A stretch of 64,000 nucleotides of DNA from an uncultured Gammaproteobacteria bacterium (GCA_964638415.1 CAZWYP010000003.1:1150-65149), one strand, 5' to 3'; counted from the first letter of the stretch, positions 37,249 through 47,417 are shown. Notes: generated by a model not told the origin, from the sequence alone. Numbers and translations: made by a program.

Positions 37249-38850
37249 TTATTCTTCCCGATACATATCTTCTTTCTTTTCCCGCAGGAAACTCAGCCAC
37301 TCTTCAAAGGCAGCGATAAAAATCTTGAAAGGCGCTTCAATAATGTAATCCATGACAAAAGCAAAGACATTGATCCGTTTAAACTTAGTAGACAGCCAGC
37401 GGCCCATAGAGACAATCGGTAAAGAGAAAAAGCTGACTAAGAAAGACCAAAAGCCTTCTTTCTTTTCAATAATCTTCAGCTCTTTAGCCGTAGTGCGGAT
37501 CTTCATAGCAAAGAAGCTGACCGCTGTTAAGAAGAATAAGAATAAAGCACCGCTTAAAATATTAAATTCTAAGCCCTGCAAAATACGGATAATCGTTCCG
37601 AATACCACTAAATACAGAATAGTGTACATGGAGTAATAAAAAGTCTTAAATCCCCAATTAGTCCGGTATTTGGCTTTTAATTTACAGAGAATAGACTGCT
37701 CAACTTGGCCATAAACCATATTCTTTAAATTCTCCAGAATCTTGGCCGTATTTTCCTTCTTGGGAGGAACAATCGTTAAAGTAATCAAGAACATCAGCAA
37801 GGGCGGGAAAATAACGTTAATCATCAGCGGAGTATAATTAACATGCTTTAAGATATATAACTCATACGGAAATTCAAAAGCAATAGCCAATAATACCTTA
37901 GTGATGAAAATATAAATAATCGCCCGGATAGAGCTAGATCTAATCTTAGACAATAAGCTCTTATACTTCTCATTAATAATAATCTTAGCTTCCGCTTCCA
38001 AAAGTTCAGGCTGAATTAATAATTCTTCAATATCCCCTTCGCGACGGCGGATAAGTTCATATAAAACCTGGAAAGTAGCTACCTGCTCTCTTAAAGAGCT
38101 TAATAGTTTAGCCTGATAAGGATGCTTGAGGTGTCCCTGGATAGTCCGGTAAACCGCTCCGAAATTAGCAGCTACCAGCTTAATGGTATTATCATCCGCT
38201 TTATTCCAATCTGGAAAATATAAATTCAATAAATGGTAGGAAATAATCGCATCATCGGATTTAACCAAAGCTTTATGGATAGCAATGTACAGCTGAATAT
38301 CCTTTTCTCTCATTTTCCAGTCATCACCGGAGAACTTAACTCGCGGCTTGGTAATCTGGTACATGGTTTCAATGACCGCATCCTCAATATCTTCCGGCTG
38401 CAGCACCATGTCTATTTCCACCGCCATCACTCCTACCAGCCATTCAAAGAACTGCTGGCGCTCAGAACTTTCATAGATATCATTAATCAGCAGCAAGAGC
38501 TCATTGTATTTCTTAATAACCTGCGCTACTTCCAATACCCGTTTTTCCGGAATAACATTGTTGGGCAAATACTTAGCACGAATTAATTCTTCCACCAAGC
38601 TTTTGGCAACAGCCGGCTTTAAAGTTTCTAAGATTATTCTCCGGCGCAAATTACGCTCAACAGCAAAACGCCGCAATAAATGCGACTCCTTAAAATCTAC
38701 CGAATTGCGGAGCTTCTCATAAACTACCGTCACTCGGCTGGTAAAATCTTCTACCTCAATCTTATTACCTTCGTCTTTGACTTGCTGACGATGGCGATAA
38801 ATGGTTTTTAATTTTTGGTATAAAACAACTATTTCCGGGGTAATTTGCAT
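37249..38850 (-). CDS. Conserved CPR hypothetical membrane protein
   Basis: 533-aa ORF with a helical N-domain (YEKLRN...LLRRFAVER) and C-terminal TM helices. Confidence 0.75.
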   Translation of the reverse strand: MQITPEIVVLYQKLKTIYRHRQQVKDEGNKIEVEDFTSRVTVVYEKLRNSVDFKESHLLRRFAVERNLRRRIILETLKPAVAKSLVEELIRAKYLPNNVIPEKRVLEVAQVIKKYNELLLLINDIYESSERQQFFEWLVGVMAVEIDMVLQPEDIEDAVIETMYQITKPRVKFSGDDWKMREKDIQLYIAIHKALVKSDDAIISYHLLNLYFPDWNKADDNTIKLVAANFGAVYRTIQGHLKHPYQAKLLSSLREQVATFQVLYELIRRREGDIEELLIQPELLEAEAKIIINEKYKSLLSKIRSSSIRAIIYIFITKVLLAIAFEFPYELYILKHVNYTPLMINVIFPPLLMFLITLTIVPPKKENTAKILENLKNMVYGQVEQSILCKLKAKYRTNWGFKTFYYSMYTILYLVVFGTIIRILQGLEFNILSGALFLFFLTAVSFFAMKIRTTAKELKIIEKKEGFWSFLVSFFSLPIVSMGRWLSTKFKRINVFAFVMDYIIEAPFKIFIAAFEEWLSFLREKKEDMYREE

Positions 38851-38897
38851 ATATTTACTACTGGCTTATAATACCATAAAATAGGGTTTTTTTCAAG

Positions 38898-40112
38898 CTA
38901 ATGATGATGAAAATGCTCTGGCGATGAGTGTTTTAAAGGCTTTTCGTTCTTAAGAAAAACCGCCGCTAGATAAGTACTAATTGGCACAGCCAAAATTAAG
39001 GCTAAAGAGCCAATAATGGTTCTGACAAACTCCTCGGCAATCATCTCGCTATTGAATTTCATCCACCAGGGATATTCCTGGTTAATGTTAAATAAAATAA
39101 ACAAAGGCAAAGCCGCGCCAGCATAAGCTAGCACCAAGGTATTAACTAAAGAAGCAATATGCTCGCGGCCGACAATTAAACCCCGCTGGTAAAGCTCTCG
39201 CTGGCTTAAGCTAGGATTAGCTCGGCGCAATTCTCCCACCACAGCAGTCTGCGCGGTAGCAATATCATCCAATACTCCCAAAGTACCAATAATAATCCCC
39301 GCCAATAATAATCCCCGCAGATTAATGGCAGCCAGCTCTCCAAACTGCAGATAAAAAGCTTCTTCGCTGCCTTTGCCGAATAAAGAAGAGAAATCAATGA
39401 AGATATAAGCTAAAAGCATGGCAATGGATAAGGTAATCATCATACCAATAAAAGCTAAAGTTGTCCGACGATTGAAGCCATGGCCTAAATACATGGAAAC
39501 AGCAGAGATAATCAAAGCGCCCAATAAAGTGATGATTATCGGATTCTGGCCAGCGACAACTCTGGGTACAATAAAGCCAGCCAGGACTAGAATGCTAATA
39601 AACAATCCAGCTAAAGATCCTAGGCCTTTCCAGCGACCAAACCAAATGACTAAAGCAAAGAAGATTAACAAAATAATCAGCAAAGGCTGCAAGCGGTAAT
39701 GATCGGCAAAATAATAATCAGCTGTGCCATCAACTTTATAAACTTTAGCCAAGATTATCTTATCACCAACTGCTACCTTCTGGTATTTTTCCAGCGAGGA
39801 TATTCCCCTGTTGATGATGGAAATTTCCTGACCAGATTCTATTCCACTCAAGATTCTTACTTTTAATTCCTGAATCTGCTCCAAATAATCATCGGCAACT
39901 TGCTCAGTATATTCATTGACTATCTCCGTAACTAAAGCTTGAGAATATTCATTGCTGGGAATATCTTCCGGCGATAGCCTTATCTCCTGATCACTCTCGT
40001 CAATGATAAAATCGCCATTAGTGTCCCCATACTGGGCAGTATCCAGAGTTTGTGCCGATCCAGCCAAAGGCAGGAATAGTAAAAGGCTTAAGAAAAAAAT
40101 CTTCAGCTTCAT
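38898..40112 (-). CDS. YibE/F family membrane protein
   Basis: GIIIGTLGVLDD, HIASLVNTLVLAYAG, signal peptide, His-rich tail. Confidence 0.9.
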   Translation of the reverse strand: MKLKIFFLSLLLFLPLAGSAQTLDTAQYGDTNGDFIIDESDQEIRLSPEDIPSNEYSQALVTEIVNEYTEQVADDYLEQIQELKVRILSGIESGQEISIINRGISSLEKYQKVAVGDKIILAKVYKVDGTADYYFADHYRLQPLLIILLIFFALVIWFGRWKGLGSLAGLFISILVLAGFIVPRVVAGQNPIIITLLGALIISAVSMYLGHGFNRRTTLAFIGMMITLSIAMLLAYIFIDFSSLFGKGSEEAFYLQFGELAAINLRGLLLAGIIIGTLGVLDDIATAQTAVVGELRRANPSLSQRELYQRGLIVGREHIASLVNTLVLAYAGAALPLFILFNINQEYPWWMKFNSEMIAEEFVRTIIGSLALILAVPISTYLAAVFLKNEKPLKHSSPEHFHHH

Positions 40113-40118
40113 TAATAA

Positions 40119-40541
40119 TTACTTTAAACTAATTAAAATAGCTCCTCCCACCATTAATAATGCTCCTACTACTGTTTTCCAGCCCATAGTTTCTCCTAAG
40201 AATACTGCCGCTAAAATTACCACGAAGACTAAGCTTAAACGGTCAATTACCACTACCTTAGTAGCATCGCCAGCCTTTAAGGCAAAGAAGTAAAACAGCC
40301 AGGATAAAGCGCCGGCAATGCCGGCTAAAGCAATTAACAGCCAATCTTTATTGCTGAAAGTATGGAGATTAAATCCCTGCCACTTGTTCAAGAATAAGCT
40401 GACTATTATTAAGAAGCCAGCCATCATAATCGATCTGACTGTTGTCGCTAAAGTAGAATCAATATTCTTCAAGCCTAATTTGCCGAAAATCGCTACTAAA
40501 GCAGCGGTTATCGCCGACAAAAAAGCATAGAATAGCCACAT
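40119..40541 (-). CDS. EamA/DMT family transporter
   Basis: AIFGKLG, ATTVR, SWLFYFFALK, IDRLS. Confidence 0.9.
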   Translation of the reverse strand: MWLFYAFLSAITAALVAIFGKLGLKNIDSTLATTVRSIMMAGFLIIVSLFLNKWQGFNLHTFSNKDWLLIALAGIAGALSWLFYFFALKAGDATKVVVIDRLSLVFVVILAAVFLGETMGWKTVVGALLMVGGAILISLK

Positions 40542-40545
40542 AAAT

Positions 40546-41490
40546 TTAATCCGAGAAATAATTAAAATAATTGCTGACTGCAAATTCTGTCAGCACAAAG
40601 AATAAATAGAAAAATAATAGCAATAAGCCTTCTTTCTTAGTTAAAGTTTTGCCTGTCTTCATGAAATGCAGCAGGATAACGGCCGCTAAAAACATGAACA
40701 TCGCCGTCACATAGACTATCCGCTGGTTAAAATAAAAAGGCTTAAGCAAGGCTAAGATACCGACGATAATCGCCCCATCGGTAATGACCGTACCTAAAAT
40801 ATCTCCCATGGCTAAATTAGCATGATTATTCTTAACCGCCTTGATGGAAAAAAACATTTCCGGAAAAGTAGTGCCAATACCGACAAACAGCATGCCGACA
40901 AACACTGGATTAATATGCAAAGCATGAGCCAAAGATACGCCGAACTTAACCGTCATGGTGGAAGCTAATAATAGAATAGCCATGCTAATCAATAAGCCAA
41001 ACAAGTCTTTAAAAGAAAAACGCCGGTCACCGGTTGCTGGCTTATTTTCATCTTTCTTCAACAAAGCTAGATAAAACAAAATACCGGCTAAAATCATCAC
41101 TAAGCCATCCATCCGTTCATAATGACCGTCTAAACCTAAGATTATTGGCACAGCTAAAGTAGATAAATAAAGCCAGCTGTTATTAATAATCCTGCTTTCC
41201 ACCCTAATCGGCTTATTGGCTACAAAAATCACAATGGCAAAAACCAAGGCTAGATCAGCTACATTGGAGCCGAATAAAGTTCCTAGACCAAAAGCCGGTA
41301 AGCCTTGCAAAGAAGAGGCAATGGAAATAAAAGCTTCCGGCAAAACAGAGATAGCCGCTACCAAGATAAAACCTACTATGTATTTGGATATTTTAGCGCC
41401 ATCCGCCAGGCGAGAAGCAAAATTAATGGCAAAATCAGCTGCTTTAACTACAAAGAATAAAGCAATGACAAAGGGAATAATATAAATCAT
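40546..41490 (-). CDS. Ca2+:cation (CaCA/YrbG-like) antiporter
   Basis: Alpha repeats SVLPE...GSNVAD and GTTFPE...GDILGT. Confidence 0.88.
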   Translation of the reverse strand: MIYIIPFVIALFFVVKAADFAINFASRLADGAKISKYIVGFILVAAISVLPEAFISIASSLQGLPAFGLGTLFGSNVADLALVFAIVIFVANKPIRVESRIINNSWLYLSTLAVPIILGLDGHYERMDGLVMILAGILFYLALLKKDENKPATGDRRFSFKDLFGLLISMAILLLASTMTVKFGVSLAHALHINPVFVGMLFVGIGTTFPEMFFSIKAVKNNHANLAMGDILGTVITDGAIIVGILALLKPFYFNQRIVYVTAMFMFLAAVILLHFMKTGKTLTKKEGLLLLFFYLFFVLTEFAVSNYFNYFSD

Positions 41491-41548
41491 CTGTTTATCT
41501 GCATTATAGCCATATCATAGCATAAAAATAGCTAAAAATTAAGCAAAG

Positions 41549-41584
41549 AAAAGAGGCTGTTATCAACTGATAACAGCCTCTTTT
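41549..41584. terminator. Intrinsic terminator after pyrE
   Basis: 17-bp perfect inverted repeat AAAAGAGGCTGTTATCA/TGATAACAGCCTCTTTT. Confidence 0.85.
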
Positions 41585-41599
41585 GACCAAAGGGTCAAA

Positions 41600-42238
41600 T
41601 TATTCTTGCTTTTTCTGAGAGAGAAACTCTCGCCCTTTGCCGACATTGGTATTAATCGGTACTTGCTTTTCACAAAGCGGACATTGACTCTCCGGCCAAG
41701 ATTCAAGGTTGACATTGACCAAAGCGGTCATTTTTGGCACGCCGCCAATATCTTCAGCGGTAATCCCGCCGCGATTACAGAGAACGCCGACACCAACAAC
41801 TTCACCGCCAAGCTCTCTTACTGCTTCAATCACGGCTTTGACAGAACCGCCGGTAGTCAAGACGTCTTCAACAACCAGCACTCGCTTGCCTTTGATCAGC
41901 CGGTCATAACCGCGCTTGATGACGAATGAATGGCCATCTTCAGATTTCTCAGCATACAACGACAACACTTCGGTTGCCATCAATTCACCCAGATGATGCG
42001 CAGTCCATTGCGACAGAATCACGCCGCCAATCGCTGGAGCAATCACAACTTCAATGCCATCGTTCACATACTCTTGAGCAATCGCCTGACAAAGACGCGA
42101 AGTATCACCAGTATGAGGATAGATCGCATCTTTGTTGACATAAGCCGAACCATGGCGGCCGGAAGTATAGACGATGTGGCTATCGGTAATTACCGCATTG
42201 ACTTTGCCTAGAATTTCCAACACCTGTTGTTCATTCAT
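41600..42238 (-). CDS. pyrE: Orotate phosphoribosyltransferase
   Basis: SGRH, PRPP loop VVEDVLTTGGS; ATGA overlap with pyrF. Confidence 0.9.
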   Translation of the reverse strand: MNEQQVLEILGKVNAVITDSHIVYTSGRHGSAYVNKDAIYPHTGDTSRLCQAIAQEYVNDGIEVVIAPAIGGVILSQWTAHHLGELMATEVLSLYAEKSEDGHSFVIKRGYDRLIKGKRVLVVEDVLTTGGSVKAVIEAVRELGGEVVGVGVLCNRGGITAEDIGGVPKMTALVNVNLESWPESQCPLCEKQVPINTNVGKGREFLSQKKQE

Positions 42239-42954
42239 TTTGCGTGCGTCCTTTCCCAAAGTTTTCTTTCACCGCTTTCAATTTCTTGGAAAATCTTACC
42301 AATTGCTTCTTCGGGATCGGGAGCGGTAGTGATTTGCCGCCCAATTACCAAATGTGTAGCGCCATTGATAATCGCTTCTTCCGGAGTGGCAATGCGCTCC
42401 TGATCATTAGCTTTTACACCAGCAGAACGAATGCCAGGAATGACAAACTTCATTCCTGCAAGCTCGGGCATTCTGCTTAATGCTCCCACTTCTTTCGGCG
42501 AACAAACAATGCCCTGCAGCTTAGCCAGCTTAGCCAGCCGCGCCAATTGCATTACTGCTAATTGGGCAGGTAAGCCATAGATAAGCTGCGCGTCTTCTGC
42601 TGACAGCGACGTCAGTATGGTAACTCCCATCACATCAAGATCATTGCCTTCACGAGCGGCCATCATCATTTTGACGCCGCCGGAAGCGTGCACGGTCAGC
42701 ATATTAGCTCCAGATGCTTCAATGACTGCCGCGCGTGCCTTCACTGTTTCGGGAATATCATGAAGCTTGGCATCTACCCAGACAATGTCCGTACCAGCAT
42801 CCTTGATTGCGTGCACGGCGCTTTCACCAAACTCGTCAAATAAGTTATGGATTTTTACACCATAAACCAATTTGCCTACTTTCTTCACCAAAGCGACGGT
42901 TTGATCAAGAGTCAGGCCGTCAGCGGCCAGAATTATTCTGTGTGTCTTGTGCAT
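42235..42954 (-). CDS. pyrF: Orotidine-5'-phosphate decarboxylase
   Basis: DAKLHDIPETV, VTILTS, PGIR, IGRQIT. Confidence 0.95.
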   Translation of the reverse strand: MHKTHRIILAADGLTLDQTVALVKKVGKLVYGVKIHNLFDEFGESAVHAIKDAGTDIVWVDAKLHDIPETVKARAAVIEASGANMLTVHASGGVKMMMAAREGNDLDVMGVTILTSLSAEDAQLIYGLPAQLAVMQLARLAKLAKLQGIVCSPKEVGALSRMPELAGMKFVIPGIRSAGVKANDQERIATPEEAIINGATHLVIGRQITTAPDPEEAIGKIFQEIESGERKLWERTHAK

Positions 42955-43070
42955 AATTAGTCCTATTTTGTGATGAAATGAACGGAAAAATTAGATTTTT
43001 CTTAGGTCAATCTAATCACTTTTACTAATAATTGTCAAAACAAAAAATCAAGCTCTGAACTTGATTAATT

Positions 43071-43144
43071 TGGCTCGGGGATAGGGATTCGAACCCCAAT
43101 TGACGGGACCAAAACCCGCTGTCCTACCATTAGACGATCCCCGA
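43071..43144 (-). tRNA. tRNA-Gln(TTG)
   Basis: TCGGGGA/TCCCCGA acceptor stem, GCGGG-TTTTGGT-CCCGT anticodon arm, GGTTCGAATCC, encoded CCA. Confidence 0.97.
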
Positions 43145-43236
43145 ATATATTAATAAAACATAAATAAGATACTATTTTTTATGACAAAAGTCAATAATTG
43201 CTTAACATCTTCCCCTGCTCATGCCATAATGCTTAC

Positions 43237-44376
43237 ATGGAACCATTAGCTGCTAAAATCAGGCCAAAAAGCTTATCTGAATTTGTCGGACAAAGCCATT
43301 TAGTGGGAAAAGACAAACCCCTTAATATTGCTATTGCCAAAAAGCATTTATTCTCTTTTCTGCTGTGGGGACCACCGGGAGTGGGAAAAACTACGCTAGC
43401 TAAAATCTATGCTCAAGCTTTAAATGCCGACTACAATGAAGTATCGGCAGTATCAGCAGGCAAAGATGAATTAAGGAAAATCATTACTACTAAGCCTGGA
43501 TTATTCGGACCAAAGATTTTGTTTATTGACGAAATACACCGCTTCAATAAAGCCCAGCAGGACTTCTTACTGCCCTTTGTAGAATCTGGCCAAATTACTT
43601 TAATCGGGGCGACTACAGAAAATCCCAGTTTTGAAGTAATCTCTCCCCTCTTATCTCGCTGCCGGGTATTTGTCTTGAATGAATTATCTCCGGAAGAAAT
43701 GAATACCATCATTGACCGCACTGGCTTTGCTATGGATAAGGAAGCTAGGGATTGGCTGATTGCCATGGCTAGCGGCGATGCTAGGCAAGCGATTACCATG
43801 ATGGAAAACACTTACCAGCTATATGGCAAAATAACTTTAGATAATCTTAAGCAGACTCTGCAGTCCAAACACCTCAGGTATGATAAACAAGGTGAGGAGC
43901 ATTACAACACCATCAGTGCTTTTATTAAATCCATGCGCGCTTCCCAGCCGGACGCTGCCTTGTACTACCTGGCGAGAATGATTGCCGCCGGTGAAGATCC
44001 TAAGTTTATCGCCCGGCGGATGGTAATCTTTGCCAGTGAAGATGTGGGATTAGCTGATCCCAAAGCCTTAATGATTGCTAATGATGTTTTCCGTGCGGTG
44101 GAGACTATTGGTTATCCCGAAGCAGGAATTAACTTGGGCCATGGCGTGGTATATCTGTCTTTAGCGCCTAAGAACAGATCAGCTTACGATGCTTACCAAG
44201 CAGCTTTAGCTGATGCTCATGCTCACGGCAATCTGCCCATACCGTTAAAAATACGGAATGCCGTCACTAAATTAATGAAAAATATTGGTTACGGGCAAGG
44301 CTATGAAGCCTACACTAAGGATGACTTATTGCCGGAAAAGTTAAAAGGCAAACAGTATTATTATCCTAAAAAATAA
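43237..44376 (+). CDS. rarA: Replication-associated recombination protein A (MgsA/RarA)
   Basis: PLAAKIRP, GPPGVGKT, DEIHRFNKAQQD, ATTENPSF, ASEDVGLAD. Confidence 0.96.
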   Translation: MEPLAAKIRPKSLSEFVGQSHLVGKDKPLNIAIAKKHLFSFLLWGPPGVGKTTLAKIYAQALNADYNEVSAVSAGKDELRKIITTKPGLFGPKILFIDEIHRFNKAQQDFLLPFVESGQITLIGATTENPSFEVISPLLSRCRVFVLNELSPEEMNTIIDRTGFAMDKEARDWLIAMASGDARQAITMMENTYQLYGKITLDNLKQTLQSKHLRYDKQGEEHYNTISAFIKSMRASQPDAALYYLARMIAAGEDPKFIARRMVIFASEDVGLADPKALMIANDVFRAVETIGYPEAGINLGHGVVYLSLAPKNRSAYDAYQAALADAHAHGNLPIPLKIRNAVTKLMKNIGYGQGYEAYTKDDLLPEKLKGKQYYYPKK

Positions 44377-44420
44377 ACCCTGCACATCTTGTACAGGGTT
44401 TTTTAGACCTTAGAGGCTTG

Positions 44421-45320
44421 TTAGTCAACCAATTGCAATTGGCGGGAAAGCCCAGCAACCAGCTGGTAATTAGCCAGCACTTCTTCGGGCGATCCGCCAT
44501 CGCGGAAGGTTTGCTTGGACAAATCCTTATTGTTATGATCCCACAATCTCCAACTGTCGGAATCAATGACATCAGCAATACAAAGGTTGTTGATGCTAAT
44601 AAACCCAAACTCCAACTTGAAGTCAATTAGCCGGAAGCCGCCCAAAGCTTGCCAAGATTTCTCCAGTACCGTAAAAGCAGCAACAGCTATTGATCTCATA
44701 GTCTTAACATGCTCCTTAAACTGAGGACTGAGCAGCTGGTAAGGATCCACCTCTTTTCCCAGATCAGATTCTGGAGTGTATAAGCGCTTCTTGGAATGAA
44801 GCAGTTTCCACGGCCGCGCTAAAGGATCGGGAATCAAGGGATCTTCTTCCCCCTCTTCCGGAGACAGTCCGTCAATTAGAACTTGGCCATTGGGCATAAC
44901 CAGCTGGCCGCCCGAAGTTTTCAAGAAGAACTCTACAACCAGATTCTCAAACCTGGGAGGAAGACTGGATCTATACCCCTGAAGCAATTCCGGACAACGC
45001 TTAAGCGCACTGCCGTAAGCATAGCGGCGAACCACTACTTCCAGCGGTATCATTTGACATCTTAATGCCAAAAAATCCGTTTCGGAATACTGCTCACGGT
45101 AAGCAATTGGCAAACCAGCTTGTCTTAGAAGTTCAAATACCCGGCAAGTAGTGGCAGTAACAGCCGGCCCTTTTCCTGGTATGGTGACGGTCTTAGTAGG
45201 ATCGTCAAAAGCTGTGAGGTCATCTCGGTTACGGATAATAACCAAAGTCGGTTGGTAAAAAACCGAAAATATATCTTTAGTCTTACCTTGGGCAATCATT
45301 CTGCTGACATCGTGTTTCAT
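44421..45320 (-). CDS. purC: SAICAR synthetase
   Basis: QGKTK, IPLEVVVR, DFKLEFG, DVIDSDSWRLW, SKQTFRD; SD GAGGTG precedes ATG 45320. Confidence 0.9.
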   Translation of the reverse strand: MKHDVSRMIAQGKTKDIFSVFYQPTLVIIRNRDDLTAFDDPTKTVTIPGKGPAVTATTCRVFELLRQAGLPIAYREQYSETDFLALRCQMIPLEVVVRRYAYGSALKRCPELLQGYRSSLPPRFENLVVEFFLKTSGGQLVMPNGQVLIDGLSPEEGEEDPLIPDPLARPWKLLHSKKRLYTPESDLGKEVDPYQLLSPQFKEHVKTMRSIAVAAFTVLEKSWQALGGFRLIDFKLEFGFISINNLCIADVIDSDSWRLWDHNNKDLSKQTFRDGGSPEEVLANYQLVAGLSRQLQLVD

Positions 45321-45462
45321 GGTTTGCACCTCTATGGTGAAATGAGCGTAAAATTAGAATTAAATTAGCAGATATTCATACTCTTGGCAAGTTGCCCTTT
45401 TTATTTTATAATACCTTTTATTGCTCACCGCAAAACCGTTCTTAAAACCACAGGAGCGCAAG

Positions 45463-45759
45463 ATGCTGAAATTTATTTTGATCCTTTTGGCAATGGGATT
45501 AACGATTACTTCCACTATACCGACCTCTGTCGATACTACGGAAACAATCGCCGCCCCCAATCCTCGACCTGCTTCGTCTGTTGATGAAATGCCGGCTTTC
45601 CAAGCCAGCCGCTATGATTGGCCAGAACTGGAAACGGCAGAAGTATCTCCGCCTAATCCGGATCTAAAAAAGCCAAACCAAAACGGAAAATTTTCCCACC
45701 GGCTACATTTCACCACCAAGCTCCGCCTCCAGCCACCCAATAGGCTGGAAAAAGCGTAA
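45463..45759 (+). CDS. Small secreted Pro/Thr-rich hypothetical protein
   Basis: AGGAG SD, signal-peptide-like MLKFILILLAMGL, downstream hairpin. Confidence 0.55.
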   Translation: MLKFILILLAMGLTITSTIPTSVDTTETIAAPNPRPASSVDEMPAFQASRYDWPELETAEVSPPNPDLKKPNQNGKFSHRLHFTTKLRLQPPNRLEKA

Positions 45760-45863
45760 TCATTTTACGCTTATCTCTTCAATCCCTGATAGCACCAGCT
45801 ACCAGGGATTTTGTTATAACAAAACCCCGCTATCATCATAAATGACAGCGGGGTTACTGCTTA

Positions 45864-47309
45864 CTAGGCAGCTAGTATTTCTCTAGCTAAGCCTTCTGCC
45901 TCTTCGGCAATCTCCAGCGCTCGCTCACTGGCATCGCCAATATAACTCTCCGGATGATGGAGCAGTTCCATGATCTCTTGGGGGATATTATTAAAGACCA
46001 CTCCCAGTTCATCATTGGTTTGAGCCAATTCCGCCAATTCTTCAATGAGCAGGCGTCCGCTTTTCTGCGCAGCCGGCACCACAGTATGATTGACCAATTC
46101 ATGGGCATCGCCAGAGAAACCGGCCATTTGCAGAGCAATATACAAAGGCTCGGCGAGAATCAAATGAGCGCTTTGGCTAAAATTGCGCTGGCAGGCCGCC
46201 GGATCAATAGTAATGCGCGTCAGGAAAGGAACGCCCTTATCATTCTTGCGGCAAAGCGTATCCAGCTGCTGCATCAAGTTGACCAGAATGATCGGAAAAT
46301 CCCTCGTCACGGCACTACCAACCAGATCTCGCTGATGCTCGCTTAATAGCGTATCCAGCACCTTGTTCAGCTCACCCTTGGTCTTCAGCCACATCGCCTG
46401 CAGATTTTCAAAATTGATGGGGTTGCGCTTATGCGCCATAGTTGAAGAACCGACTTGTTCAGTGCCGAAACTTTCGGCTACCTCGGAGATTTCCGAACGC
46501 ATCAGCTGGCGGCAGTCAAGGCCAAATTGAGCCAGACTAGCCGACAGTAGTCCGCTGCTGAAAAGAAAGTAAGCCAGCGGCTCAGGCGGCAGAATCTGCG
46601 TACTGATGGGAGCCGGATTCAAATCCAGCTTAGCTAAAACTCTGCTTTCAAAATCACCGATGATTCCTTTCTCCGCCAATTTGCTGATTCCTAAACCGAC
46701 TTGCGCATTATGCGCGCCAACCGCACCGGATATTTTGCCGACCAGCTGTGAATTTGCTTCATCCATTTTCTCCCAGTTGTAGACAATCCGGTTGATAATG
46801 GTAGCCAGCCAAAAGCCGACGGTAATCGGTAGAGCATGCTGGCCATGCGTGCGCCCAATCTGCAGCTGATCGGCATATTGTCTGACCATCGCCGCCAGTA
46901 AGGTGACCACTTCCGCGATTTTCGGCCGCAAAGCCTGAATATAAGCCCGCTGGTACTGCAGAATTCGTCCGGTATCCAACGCATCAAAGCTGGTTAGCGG
47001 TATATGCACCCAGCGCTTGAGCTCCGTGTCGTTAATAATCTCTTGCGCCAGCTGCACCCAAGCCCGGATATCATGCTTGGTAATTCTCTCCCGCTCATCC
47101 ACCAGGGAAGTGGGAATAGTCCGCAAACGGACAAAGACTTGAGGATCAACACTTTGCCAGACCTCTTGAGGAATGATTCCTAATTCCATTAGAGTTTCCA
47201 GCGTGGCAATCTCTACATCGGCTACTCCACGGTAGAGATTATCGTAGCCAAAAAAGGGTTGTAAGCTCTTTGGCTGGTAGCGGGGATTACCCGGCAACAT
47301 CAGATTCAT
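45864..47309 (-). CDS. purB: Adenylosuccinate lyase
   Basis: TKHDI, GRTHGQHA, GKISGAVG, SSTMAHKRNP; AGGAG SD before ATG 47309. Confidence 0.92.
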   Translation of the reverse strand: MNLMLPGNPRYQPKSLQPFFGYDNLYRGVADVEIATLETLMELGIIPQEVWQSVDPQVFVRLRTIPTSLVDERERITKHDIRAWVQLAQEIINDTELKRWVHIPLTSFDALDTGRILQYQRAYIQALRPKIAEVVTLLAAMVRQYADQLQIGRTHGQHALPITVGFWLATIINRIVYNWEKMDEANSQLVGKISGAVGAHNAQVGLGISKLAEKGIIGDFESRVLAKLDLNPAPISTQILPPEPLAYFLFSSGLLSASLAQFGLDCRQLMRSEISEVAESFGTEQVGSSTMAHKRNPINFENLQAMWLKTKGELNKVLDTLLSEHQRDLVGSAVTRDFPIILVNLMQQLDTLCRKNDKGVPFLTRITIDPAACQRNFSQSAHLILAEPLYIALQMAGFSGDAHELVNHTVVPAAQKSGRLLIEELAELAQTNDELGVVFNNIPQEIMELLHHPESYIGDASERALEIAEEAEGLAREILAA

Positions 47310-47390
47310 GACAAACTCCTTTGGTAAAAGATGTAACGAACAGTTAAATTTAAAATACCTTACCAAAAAAACCTCCAATTGGCAAGAATA

Positions 47391-47417
47391 AAATAATCCT
47401 GTTCAACAGGATTATTT
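47391..47417. terminator. Hairpin overlapping the pyrG stop, probable terminator
   Basis: AAATAATCCTGTT-C-AACAGGATTATTT. Confidence 0.65.

Noticed and set aside
43071-43144. tRNA-Gln as the integration site of an island
   Set aside because: No integrase, and I noticed no duplicated tRNA 3' end.
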